NCBI GenBank assembly: GCA_964515425.1
Contig: CAZEUW010000001.1
Coordinates: forward strand, 1-34,007
Direction: 5' to 3'
Origin: an uncultured Gemmatimonadota bacterium
GTDB taxonomy: Bacteria; Gemmatimonadota; Gemmatimonadetes; Palauibacterales; Palauibacteraceae
DNA: 34,007 nucleotides
Shown here: positions 24,337 to 32,891 of the stretch, one piece after another
Position numbering within the stretch: position 1 is the stretch's first letter
How the letters are laid out: each line of letters begins with the position of its first letter
Translations under genes and position numbers: made by a program
Notes under the pieces: model-generated
Database searches by the model: none
Told to the model about the DNA's origin: nothing
Seen by the model: the letters and a program-made list of their open reading frames with translations, nothing else

Positions 24337-25478
24337 GACGTCGCGTCGAGCAGTCGGAGCGCCTCGTCGGCCACCCGCCCGGTGCAGCCCGGCCGACCGA
24401 GGCGGCCGGCCACGTCGGCCAGCCCGTCCAGCACCTGTTGCCGTTCCGGCCCGTCCTCGAGCAGCCCTTCGAGCTCCGTGGCGAGGCGCTCGGGCGAAGC
24501 CTCGTCCTGCAGCAGCTCGGGGACCAGCCTCCGACCCGCCACCAGGTTGACCAGCGCGACGTGGTCGACGCGGACCAGCCAGCGGGCCACCCGGTAGGTG
24601 AGCGGATTCACCTGGTGAGCCACGACCATCGGGACGCCGGCGAGCGCGAGCTGGAGGGTGACGGTTCCCGACTTGGTGAGGCCCGCGCGGGCCGCCGACA
24701 TCGTCTCCTCGGCCGACGCGATCCGATCGACGCGCTCCGCGGGGAAAAGTCCCGCCTCGAGGTCGGGCGCCCGCGCCAGCCAGACGCGGAGCTCCGGCCG
24801 GCGCTGCCGCAGCCGGTCGGCCGCGTCCAGGAAGGTCGGGAGCATCCGCTCGACCTCCTGGGCCCGCGAGCCCGGGAAGAGGCCCAGGACGGGCGCATCG
24901 CCCGAGCGCACCGCCGCAACGCCTTCCGGCGGCCCGTCCTCCTCCCGGTCGTCGAGCAGCGGGTGCCCGACGAACCGGACGTCGGCCCCGTACTCCTCGA
25001 GAAAGGGCTCTTCGAAGGGAAGGACCGCGCACACCCGATCCGCGCAGCGAGCGAGCTTCCGTGCCCGGGAGCGCCGCCACGCCCAGACCTGCGGCGCGAT
25101 GTAGTACAGCACGGGGATCCCGTCGTCGTGGGCGTGGCACGCCAGCGACAGGTTGAAGCCCGGATAGTCGATCGGCACGAGTAGCCCGACCTCCTCCTCC
25201 ACGAGGTAGCGGCGAACGCGCCGGCGCAGGGCGAGCAGCCGCGGAAGGCTGCGGATCACCTCGGCCACCCCCATCACCGCGAGCAGGTCCAGGTCCGCGA
25301 GCAGCTCGACGCCGGCCGCCCGCATCCGACTCCCGCCCAGGCCCACGAGTCGGAGGTCCGGCCGTCGCCGTGCGAGCTCCTCGGCGAGTCTCGCCCCGTG
25401 CAGGTCGCCGGAGCTCTCGCCCGCCGAGAGGAAGACGGTCGGGCCGGCCCGCGACGAGGTGGGCCCGCCGCCGGTCAC
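24333..25478 (-). CDS. lpxB: Lipid-A-disaccharide synthase
   Basis: Motifs FLSAGESSGDLHGARL, DYPGFNL and YYIAPQVWAWR are present. The start is GTG 25478. Confidence 0.93.
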   Translation of the reverse strand: MTGGGPTSSRAGPTVFLSAGESSGDLHGARLAEELARRRPDLRLVGLGGSRMRAAGVELLADLDLLAVMGVAEVIRSLPRLLALRRRVRRYLVEEEVGLLVPIDYPGFNLSLACHAHDDGIPVLYYIAPQVWAWRRSRARKLARCADRVCAVLPFEEPFLEEYGADVRFVGHPLLDDREEDGPPEGVAAVRSGDAPVLGLFPGSRAQEVERMLPTFLDAADRLRQRRPELRVWLARAPDLEAGLFPAERVDRIASAEETMSAARAGLTKSGTVTLQLALAGVPMVVAHQVNPLTYRVARWLVRVDHVALVNLVAGRRLVPELLQDEASPERLATELEGLLEDGPERQQVLDGLADVAGRLGRPGCTGRVADEALRLLDATS

Positions 25479-25612
25479 GACGCGATCGCGTCCAGGACCC
25501 AGATGAGGACGAGGACGAGGATCAGGAGCAGGACCAGGGCGCCGGTTCGGAGCCCCTTTCGGGCTCCCGGTCCGAGCCGCTTCCGCTCCTCACGCAGTTT
25601 CCACAGAGACAT
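25475..25612 (-). CDS. Candidate 45-aa single-pass membrane micro-protein (absent from the supplied ORF track)
   Basis: My translation is [45 protein letters not shown]. It has a basic N-terminus and a 20-residue hydrophobic helix. Its TGA overlaps the lpxB GTG (GTGA at 25475-25478). ATG 25612 overlaps the last 23 nt of the oxidoreductase gene. It fills what would otherwise be a 111-nt gap in a gap-free operon. No clear Shine-Dalgarno sequence is present. Confidence 0.4.
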   Translation of the reverse strand: MSLWKLREERKRLGPGARKGLRTGALVLLLILVLVLIWVLDAIAS

Positions 25613-26597
25613 CGGCGTGACGTTCGATCTGGGTTCCGATTCGAAGTGCGATCTCGAGCGCGGCCCTCCCCTCGCGGGCCGGAACGACCTCTAGGCTCGG
25701 CGGGGTCCCCACCCGCGATTCCTCACCCCGCACCGCACGCAGGAACTCCTCCAGCTCGAGGAGGAGCGGCTCGACCTCCTCGGCCACCAGCGGGACCCGC
25801 TCCACCAGGTCGGCGAGGCTCGAGACGTCGCCGTCGGGCGCCGGCGAGCCCGTGCGCCGGCGGAGATATTCGCCCGCGCCCCGAGCCAGGTCCAGCCGCA
25901 GGTAGCCGGAGCGCTGGAAGAGCCGGAGCTTTCGGGTCGGCTCCTCGGAGACCCGGCTCGCCGTGATCTCGGCGACGGCACCGTCCTCGAAGACGAGCCG
26001 TGCGTTGGCGATGTCGACGTGCTCGGTCAGCACCGGGGTGCCGACGGCGTGGAGCGACGCCAGCGGGCTGTCGATCAGGCCGAGCACCAGGTCGATGTCG
26101 TGGATCATGAGGTCGAGCACGACCGTCACGTCCGTGCCCCGCGGCTGGAACGGCGCCAGCCGGAGCGACTCGACGAACCGGGGACGTTCGAGGTACGGGA
26201 TGCAGCTCCGGACCGCTCCGTTGAAACGCTCGACGTGGCCGACGCGGAGCTCGAGTTCCCCGGCCTCGGCGAGCCGGATCAGGTCGTCCGCCTCCTCCAG
26301 CGTCTCGGCGAAGGGCTTCTCGACGAGGACGTGGCAGCCGGCCTCGAGCGCGGCGCGACCGACGGCGTGGTGGTGGGTGGTCGGGACGGCGACCACCACC
26401 GCCTCGGCGCGCTCGAACAGGGCCTCCGGGTCCTCGAAGTGCCGCGTGCCGACCCGGCGGGCGACTTCGGCGCCCCGGGCTTCGTCCCGGTCGTGGACCC
26501 CGACCAGATCGGACGCTGCGAGACCGCTCAGGATGCGCGCGTGCTCCCTCCCCAGCCGGCCGACGCCGAGGACGGCCGTGCGAACCGGCCCCTTCAC
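25590..26597 (-). CDS. Gfo/Idh/MocA-family NAD(P)-dependent oxidoreductase (GnnA-like position)
   Basis: This is the 3' 335 codons of tracked ORF 25590..27203. [13 protein letters not shown] is a Rossmann motif, and VLVEKPFA and RVGHVERFN are also present. GTG 26597 lies in a GTGA overlap with the lpxA stop. Confidence 0.88.
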   Translation of the reverse strand: MKGPVRTAVLGVGRLGREHARILSGLAASDLVGVHDRDEARGAEVARRVGTRHFEDPEALFERAEAVVVAVPTTHHHAVGRAALEAGCHVLVEKPFAETLEEADDLIRLAEAGELELRVGHVERFNGAVRSCIPYLERPRFVESLRLAPFQPRGTDVTVVLDLMIHDIDLVLGLIDSPLASLHAVGTPVLTEHVDIANARLVFEDGAVAEITASRVSEEPTRKLRLFQRSGYLRLDLARGAGEYLRRRTGSPAPDGDVSSLADLVERVPLVAEEVEPLLLELEEFLRAVRGEESRVGTPPSLEVVPAREGRAALEIALRIGTQIERHADVSVETA

Positions 26598-27394
26598 GTG
26601 GTGACGCCGCGCTCGCTGGCGCGGACGAAGTCGATCATCCGCTGGACCTCGTCTCCGTGTGGCCCCTCGCCCTCGAGCCGATCGATCGCGGCGCCGATGT
26701 TGAGCTCGGACTGGAAGAGCGTCCGGTAAGCGTTGCGTACGGCCGTGATCGTCTCCTCGTCGAAGCCGCGCCGCTCGAGCCCGGTGCGGTTGATCCCGTA
26801 TGCCGAGCAGGGGTTGCCGGCCACGATCGTGTAGGGAACGGCGTCCTGGGAGAGGCGGGAGCCGCCCCCGACGAAGGCGTGGGCGCCGACACGGACGAAC
26901 TGGTGGATCGCCGTCACGCCGCCCACGATCACGTGGTCGTCGATCGTGACGTGGCCCGCCATGTTGACGGCGTTGGAGAGGATCACGTGGTCGCCGATCC
27001 GGCAATCGTGCGCGACGTGAGCGTAGGCCATCACCAGGCAGTCGCTTCCCACGCGGGTCGTCCCGGCGGCCGCCGTCCCGCGGTTCAGGGTGGCGTACTC
27101 GCGCACGACCGTGCGCTCCCCCAGCTCCAGCCAGCTCACCTCCCCCTCGTACTTGAGGTCCTGCGGATCGGTGCCGAGGACCGCGCCGTGGTGGATGTCG
27201 CACTCGTCCCCGATCCGGGTGTTCTTCTGGATCAGGACGTGGGAGCCCACGCGCACGCCCTCCCCCAGCGTGACCGAGGGACCTATGATCGCGAAGGGGC
27301 CCACGGTCACCGAGTCGGCGAGTTCGGCCTCCTCGTGGATGACGGCCGAAGGGTGACGGATCCCCGGCTCGAGGCCGGCCAGGGGCGACGTCAT
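26594..27394 (-). CDS. lpxA: Acyl-ACP--UDP-N-acetylglucosamine O-acyltransferase
   Basis: Hexapeptide repeats, IHPSAVI and the C-terminal helical domain are present. The ATGA overlap at 27391-27394 joins it to lpxC/fabZ. Confidence 0.95.
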   Translation of the reverse strand: MTSPLAGLEPGIRHPSAVIHEEAELADSVTVGPFAIIGPSVTLGEGVRVGSHVLIQKNTRIGDECDIHHGAVLGTDPQDLKYEGEVSWLELGERTVVREYATLNRGTAAAGTTRVGSDCLVMAYAHVAHDCRIGDHVILSNAVNMAGHVTIDDHVIVGGVTAIHQFVRVGAHAFVGGGSRLSQDAVPYTIVAGNPCSAYGINRTGLERRGFDEETITAVRNAYRTLFQSELNIGAAIDRLEGEGPHGDEVQRMIDFVRASERGVTT

Positions 27395-28692
27395 CGATCC
27401 ATCACCTGGGCGAGGAAGGTCGCTTCGGCCACGACGGTGCCGTCGACGCGTCCCGTCCCCCGCATCTTGCAGACCCGGCCCCTCAACTGCACCATCTCGA
27501 GCTCGAAGACGAGCGCGTCGCCCGGTATCACGGGCCGGCGGAACTTGACGTCGTCCAGCGACGCCAGGTACACCACCCTGCTCTCCGGATCGTCGAACTC
27601 GTTCATCAGCAGCATGCCCCCCGCCTGGGCCATCGCCTCGATCACGAGCACCCCCGGCATGATCGGATGGTCCGGGAAGTGCCCCTGGAAGAAGGGCTCG
27701 TTGATCGTGACGTTCTTGAGGCCCACGATCCGCTCGCCCGGCTCGAAGTCGAGCACCCGGTCCACCATCAGGAACGGGTAGCGGTGGGGCATGTATTCCA
27801 GGATCTCGTGGATGTCGAGGAAGGGCTCCTCCGCTCCCCCGCGGTCGACCGGCCCCTCGGCGGCCTCCACGAGCCGACGGGCGAGCGCCACGTTGCCCCT
27901 GTGTCCCGGCCGCTCGGCCACGACGTGGCCACGGATCCGTCGCCCCACCAGCGCGAGGTCACCGACGAGATCCAGGATCTTGTGGCGGACGAACTCGTCC
28001 GGGAAGCGCAGCTCGGTCCCGGGCGCCAGGCCCTCCTCCGTCAGCACGATCGTGTTGCCGTGGGTCGCTCCGAGCGCCAGGCCACGCGCCCGTAGCGGGT
28101 CGCCCCACTCCTCGAGCCCGAAGGTGCGCGCCGGAGCGATGTCGCGGCAGAACGACTCGTCGGCCGCGAGCGTGCTGGCGAACTGCGTGCCGATCGTCGG
28201 GTGGTCGAAGACGATCTCGGCGGAGACGCGGAAGCTGTCGTGCGGCAGCACGGTGTAGGAGGATTCGCCGTCGATCACGTGCAGCGTCTCCTCGATCGCC
28301 AGCACCTCGGCGGGCTCGTCCTGCTCCGCCGTGCCCGCTTCGACGATCGCCTCGCACCACGGCGCGGCGCTCCCGTCCAGGGCCGGGGGCTCGGGTCCCC
28401 GCAGACGGATCTCGGCGTTGTCGACACCGTGCGCGGCCAGGGCGGCGAGGAGGTGCTCGACGGTGCGGACCGAGGCCGATCCGTCCTCCAGCACGGTCTC
28501 CCACTCGACGCCGGAGACGCGGTCGACCCGCGCGGGGACGGCCGGCTCGCCGTCGAGATCGGTCCGTCGGAACCGGATCCCGGTGCGCGGCTCCGACGGA
28601 GCGACCTCCACCGCGACCTCTTCGCCGCTGTGGAGTCCGGTCCCCTCCCGTGTGAAGGAGGCGGCCAGGGTCCGCTGGCGGGGTGCGCTCAT
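27391..28692 (-). CDS. lpxC/fabZ: Bifunctional UDP-3-O-acyl-GlcNAc deacetylase / 3-hydroxyacyl-ACP dehydratase (LpxC-FabZ fusion)
   Basis: The N-terminal ~280 aa are LpxC-like (QRTL...GTGLHSGE...TVEHLLAAL...[10 protein letters not shown]). The C-terminal ~150 aa are a FabZ hot-dog domain ([13 protein letters not shown]...FFQGHFP..PIMPGVL.IEAMAQ). The ATGA overlap at 28689-28692 joins it to lpxD. Confidence 0.93.
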   Translation of the reverse strand: MSAPRQRTLAASFTREGTGLHSGEEVAVEVAPSEPRTGIRFRRTDLDGEPAVPARVDRVSGVEWETVLEDGSASVRTVEHLLAALAAHGVDNAEIRLRGPEPPALDGSAAPWCEAIVEAGTAEQDEPAEVLAIEETLHVIDGESSYTVLPHDSFRVSAEIVFDHPTIGTQFASTLAADESFCRDIAPARTFGLEEWGDPLRARGLALGATHGNTIVLTEEGLAPGTELRFPDEFVRHKILDLVGDLALVGRRIRGHVVAERPGHRGNVALARRLVEAAEGPVDRGGAEEPFLDIHEILEYMPHRYPFLMVDRVLDFEPGERIVGLKNVTINEPFFQGHFPDHPIMPGVLVIEAMAQAGGMLLMNEFDDPESRVVYLASLDDVKFRRPVIPGDALVFELEMVQLRGRVCKMRGTGRVDGTVVAEATFLAQVMDR

Positions 28693-29804
28693 TCGTCGGC
28701 CGGCTCGTCGTCGAGCGCGGCGAGCCTCTCCTCGAGTTCGTCCACTCGCGAGAGGAGGTCCGGGAGCCGGAGGAGGGCCGCGCTGGCCCGCATCGACCGC
28801 CCGTGCGGCCGCGCCGGATAGCCCGAGTAGGTCGCACCCTCGGGGACGTCGCCGATGACGCCCGCCTGCGCCCCGATCCGGGCTCCGTCGCCGATCGAGA
28901 GGTGGCCAGCGATGCCAGCCTGTCCGCCGAGCTGGACGCCGTCACCCACCTCGACGCTCCCGGCGATCCCGACCTGGGCCACGATCATGCAGTTCTCCCC
29001 GATGCGCACGTTGTGTCCGACGTGGACGAGGTTGTCGATCTTGGTGCCGGCGCCGACGACGGTGTCCGCGAGCGCTCCCCGATCGATCGTGACGTTCGCC
29101 CCGATCTCGACCGCGTCCCCGATGACGAGTCGTCCGACCTGCGGAAACCGCACGGGGTCGCCGTGCTCCTCCGCGTAGCCGAAACCCTCGGTCCCGAGGC
29201 GGGAGCCGGTCAGCACCCTGACCCCGTCGCCCATGCGCACCGCTCCGAGAATGGAGCAGCCGTTTCCGATGACGCAAGACGCGCCGATGCGCGCACCGGA
29301 CGCGACGAAGGTGTGTGCCCCGATCCGGGTACCCGCGCCGACGACCGCGTGACGCTCGACGACCGCGTAGGGCCCGAGCGAGACGTCGTCCCCGAGGCGC
29401 GCCCCGGGCTCGACGACGGCCGTCGGCGCGACGCCGGAGGCGGGTTCGGGCTCGGCGCGGAAGAGGCTCACCAGGCGGCTGAAGGCGATACGGGGGTCGT
29501 CGACCCTGATCAGCGCGCTGTCGGTGTCGGGGAGGTCGAGATCGGGGGGCAGCAGGACGGCGCCCGGCGCCCGGCCGGAGAGGTCGCCGGCGTAGCGATC
29601 GTTGACGACGAAGGTCAGGTCCGAAGGGCCGGCACGTTCGGCGGGGGCGACGTCCGAGATGGGGCGGCTCTCGTCGCCCTCGAGGCGGCCCTCGACCCGC
29701 TCGGCCAGCTCACCGGCCGTGTACGACCGCCCGGAGGAGGGTCCGCCGGCGCCGTCCGGGGAGGGTGCCTGCGAGCCGGGAGCGGAGGATATGGTGGGCC
29801 TCAG
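28689..29804 (-). CDS. lpxD: UDP-3-O-acylglucosamine N-acyltransferase
   Basis: This is the 3' part of tracked ORF 28689..30203. YTAGELAERVEGRLEGD aligns with the LpxD N-terminus, and hexapeptide repeats and GFGY are present. The start is uncertain. No ATG, GTG or TTG lies between the skp stop and about 100 codons into the conserved domain, so the end coordinate is set at CTG 29804 (CTGA overlap). Confidence 0.88.
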   Translation of the reverse strand: MRPTISSAPGSQAPSPDGAGGPSSGRSYTAGELAERVEGRLEGDESRPISDVAPAERAGPSDLTFVVNDRYAGDLSGRAPGAVLLPPDLDLPDTDSALIRVDDPRIAFSRLVSLFRAEPEPASGVAPTAVVEPGARLGDDVSLGPYAVVERHAVVGAGTRIGAHTFVASGARIGASCVIGNGCSILGAVRMGDGVRVLTGSRLGTEGFGYAEEHGDPVRFPQVGRLVIGDAVEIGANVTIDRGALADTVVGAGTKIDNLVHVGHNVRIGENCMIVAQVGIAGSVEVGDGVQLGGQAGIAGHLSIGDGARIGAQAGVIGDVPEGATYSGYPARPHGRSMRASAALLRLPDLLSRVDELEERLAALDDEPADE

Positions 29805-30397
29805 GAGCCCGAGGACGCGCCCTGGCCCTGGGCCTGCCGCTCCTGCAGCCGCTCGATCACCAGATCGGTGATGTCGAGCCGGGGGTCCGCGGCCAGGACG
29901 CCGGCCGCGGAGGCGTCGAAGACCATCGTGTAGCCCTGCTCTTCCCGGATCTCGCTGATCACCGCCCGCACCTGTTCCAGGATCGGACCGAGGAGCTCCT
30001 GCTGTCGCTGTGCGGCGCGCTCCTCGAGCTGCTGGGCTCGCTGCTGCAGCTCCTGACGCTTCTGCGCGATCTCCTGTTGTCGACGTTCGACCGCCGACGC
30101 GTTGAGCATGTCGCGCTGCTGCTCCAGGGAGCTCTGCATCGAGTCGAGCTCGGCGGCCAGCTGTTGGACCTCGCTTCGATACTGCGCCAGCTCCCGGCTC
30201 CACGTCTGCTGCGCCTCCGTCGCGCCCGGAGCCTCCTGCAGGATGGCCTGCGAGTCGATGTAGACGAACTCGGTGTCCTCGGGCGGCGGCGCGGCGGTCT
30301 CGCCCTGTGCCTGCTGTGCGTCCGCCGGGTGTGCGCCCAGCCCCACGGCGACGAGGCAGATGAGCGCGGAGACGGTGGTGCGTGTCAGGTGGCGCAT
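29801..30397 (-). CDS. skp: OmpH/Skp-family periplasmic chaperone
   Basis: A signal peptide (MRHLTRTTVSALICLVAVGLGAHPADA) is followed by a long Gln/Glu/Arg coiled-coil region. The gene sits in the canonical position between bamA and lpxD. Confidence 0.85.
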   Translation of the reverse strand: MRHLTRTTVSALICLVAVGLGAHPADAQQAQGETAAPPPEDTEFVYIDSQAILQEAPGATEAQQTWSRELAQYRSEVQQLAAELDSMQSSLEQQRDMLNASAVERRQQEIAQKRQELQQRAQQLEERAAQRQQELLGPILEQVRAVISEIREEQGYTMVFDASAAGVLAADPRLDITDLVIERLQERQAQGQGASSGS

Positions 30398-30455
30398 CGT
30401 GCGATCACTCCCGATGGTTCGCGTCGTCCGACCCGGTCGGCGAGCCGGTCGGGCC

Positions 30456-32891
30456 TCAGAAGATCCTTCCGAACTTGAAGTGCAGCTTCCATCCCGGATC
30501 GGGCCGTCCGAGCACGTCGCGCCGGTCGAATCCGTAGGCGTAGTCGATGCCCAGCGGGCCGAAGGGGGTCACCAGGCTCACTCCGACCCCGGCACCCGTC
30601 AGAAGGTCCGTCGGATTGAAGTCGGAGGCGTCGCCCCAGACGTTGCCGCCGTCGAGGAAAGTGTTCACGAACACCTGCGGCGTGAGGCGCGCTCCGAGCT
30701 GGGCCGTCGTGGTGAAGAAGGACTCCCCGGGTCGGTCGAGCCGACTGAACCCCTCGGTCCTGCGGGGAATGTGGCCGTCGGGCGTGATCGTGGCCTCCTC
30801 GTACCCGCGGAGCTGGTTCCCGAACTGCGTGCCGCCGAGGAAGAACTGCTCGCGGAAGAAGGGGTTGTCGCCCACCACCGCCCCGCCCTGGAACGACAGG
30901 CCGGCCGTGACGAGGATCGGATTGGACTCCTGACCGCCGCCGATCTGCGCCACGGGCACGTACCACTCGCTCTCGAACTGATACTTGCCGAAGTCGCCGT
31001 CGCCCTCGAGCGGCCCGCCCGTGTACTGGACGGCGAGCGCGTTGCGATTGCCGCCGACCGGGAAGCTCCCGCCCTGCCGCGTGTCGCGGACGACGCGGAG
31101 GCTGGCGGTGCTGCGCGTCCCCTGCTGGAGGAGGTCCCGCGACTCCAGCGGCACCCCGGCGAGCGCCAGGTCGCTGATCTCGTCGTCGAAGAGCGAGTAG
31201 CCGAGGAAGAGCCGCGTGGAGCGGAGCCCCGGGAAGGGAGTGCCCAGCTCGAGCGAGCCGCCCGTCTGCCGGCGCTCCCCGACGCTGAAGCCGACGAAGT
31301 CGTCCCGCGAGCTGCGGAGGGCGACCGAGAGCGACTGCTGCGTGCCCAGGATCTCGGGATCGGAGTACTGGAGTTCGATGTCCTGGGTGCGGCCTCCGAA
31401 GATCCAACGGAAGCGGCCGCTCTTCGCCTGACCGAACAGATTGGGCTGTTCGTACCCGATGAAGCCCGCCAGGCCGGTGCCCGCGGAGGCCGACATCCCG
31501 AAGTTCAGGTTGCCCGTCTGCTTCTCCTTCACCCGCAACGTCACGTCGACGTCCCCTTCATCGACCGGCTCGATCTCCACCGCCTCCTGGGGCGGGAGCT
31601 GTTCGAAGAAGCCCATCGACTGGACGTTCCGAACGCTCTGGATGAGACGGTCCTGGGAGTAGATGTCACCGGGGAGGAGACCGAGGCGCTGCCGGATGAT
31701 CCGGTCGTGCGTGTGGTCGTTGCCGACGATCTCGACGTGCCTGAGGTAGGCCGGCTCGCCCTCCTCGATGTTCCAGGTCGCCCGCACGAGGCGAGTGGCC
31801 CCGGAAGAGGTGTCCGCCGGCAGCCGCTCGATCGTCGGCACCACGCGGGCGCGCAGGTAGCCCGCGTTTCGATAGAGGTCGTTGACCGCGCCCGTCGCTT
31901 CCTGGAAGGCCGTGCGGTCGAAGGCGGGGAGGCTGTCCGCGGCCACGGCGTCGGAGGAGAGGCTCTGGCCCTGGGGAAAGCGCCGCGCGAGCTCGGCCGC
32001 CGGGAACTGGCGGTTGCCGCGGACGCGGAACTCCGCCAGCCGGTACTGCGGCCCCTCGGCCACCTCGATCGACACCCGTCCCTTCCCGGTGCTGCGGTCC
32101 ACGATCACCGAGTCGCCGACCACCGAGAAGTCGATGTAGCCGTGGCGGCCGTAGAACGCGGGGAGCCGCTCCTCGAGGTCGGCCCGGAACTGTTCGCGCT
32201 TGAGCTCGCCCGATTGGAACCAGAAGAACCCCTCCTGGTTCGTGTTCATGGCACCCCGCAACCGGGTGTCGTCGAAGGCCTCGTTCCCGGTGAACTCGAT
32301 CGACGCGAGGCCGAGCCGGGGGCCCTCGTCCACGCTGAAGACCATCCGGTAGCCCTCCTCCCCCGGGCTCTCGACGAAGGCGGTGTCGACCCGGGCGCGG
32401 GGAAAGCCCTCCCGCGCGAGGAGGTCCTGCAGCATCGAGCGGGCGCGCCCGACCTTGGCCGGGTCGAGCGGCTCCCCGGAGACGAGCCCCACGGTGTCGC
32501 GCACGGTCCCGCCGCCGACGCTCTCGAGCCCCTCGAACGCGTAGCGGGCCACCACGGGCCGCTCGACGACGCGGATGGTGAAGATCGCCGGATCGCCGCG
32601 CGTCACCAGCACGTCGACTTCGGAGAACTCGCCGGTGGCGAAAAGCTGGTGGATCGCTTCCTGGACGTCGGGATAGGTGACGTTCATCCCGGGCCGAAGG
32701 CCGCTCTCCTCCAGAATCTGGTTCGTGGAGACGCGGGCGTTCCCCTCCACCCGGAGGCTGTCGACGTCCACCGAGAGCCCGCGCGTAGGCGGTGCCGCCT
32801 CGCCCGGCTCCTGCGCATCGAGGGGGAGCTGAGGGAGCGCGGTCAGGAGGAGGAGGAGCGCGAGCCTCCGGGAGAGTTCGCCGAAGCTCAC
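30456..32891 (-). CDS. bamA: Outer-membrane protein assembly factor BamA
   Basis: The product is 811 aa. It has a signal peptide, POTRA repeats, a C-terminal beta-barrel and a terminal ...[11 protein letters not shown] 32891 lies in a GTGA overlap with the clp stop. Confidence 0.95.
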   Translation of the reverse strand: MSFGELSRRLALLLLLTALPQLPLDAQEPGEAAPPTRGLSVDVDSLRVEGNARVSTNQILEESGLRPGMNVTYPDVQEAIHQLFATGEFSEVDVLVTRGDPAIFTIRVVERPVVARYAFEGLESVGGGTVRDTVGLVSGEPLDPAKVGRARSMLQDLLAREGFPRARVDTAFVESPGEEGYRMVFSVDEGPRLGLASIEFTGNEAFDDTRLRGAMNTNQEGFFWFQSGELKREQFRADLEERLPAFYGRHGYIDFSVVGDSVIVDRSTGKGRVSIEVAEGPQYRLAEFRVRGNRQFPAAELARRFPQGQSLSSDAVAADSLPAFDRTAFQEATGAVNDLYRNAGYLRARVVPTIERLPADTSSGATRLVRATWNIEEGEPAYLRHVEIVGNDHTHDRIIRQRLGLLPGDIYSQDRLIQSVRNVQSMGFFEQLPPQEAVEIEPVDEGDVDVTLRVKEKQTGNLNFGMSASAGTGLAGFIGYEQPNLFGQAKSGRFRWIFGGRTQDIELQYSDPEILGTQQSLSVALRSSRDDFVGFSVGERRQTGGSLELGTPFPGLRSTRLFLGYSLFDDEISDLALAGVPLESRDLLQQGTRSTASLRVVRDTRQGGSFPVGGNRNALAVQYTGGPLEGDGDFGKYQFESEWYVPVAQIGGGQESNPILVTAGLSFQGGAVVGDNPFFREQFFLGGTQFGNQLRGYEEATITPDGHIPRRTEGFSRLDRPGESFFTTTAQLGARLTPQVFVNTFLDGGNVWGDASDFNPTDLLTGAGVGVSLVTPFGPLGIDYAYGFDRRDVLGRPDPGWKLHFKFGRIF

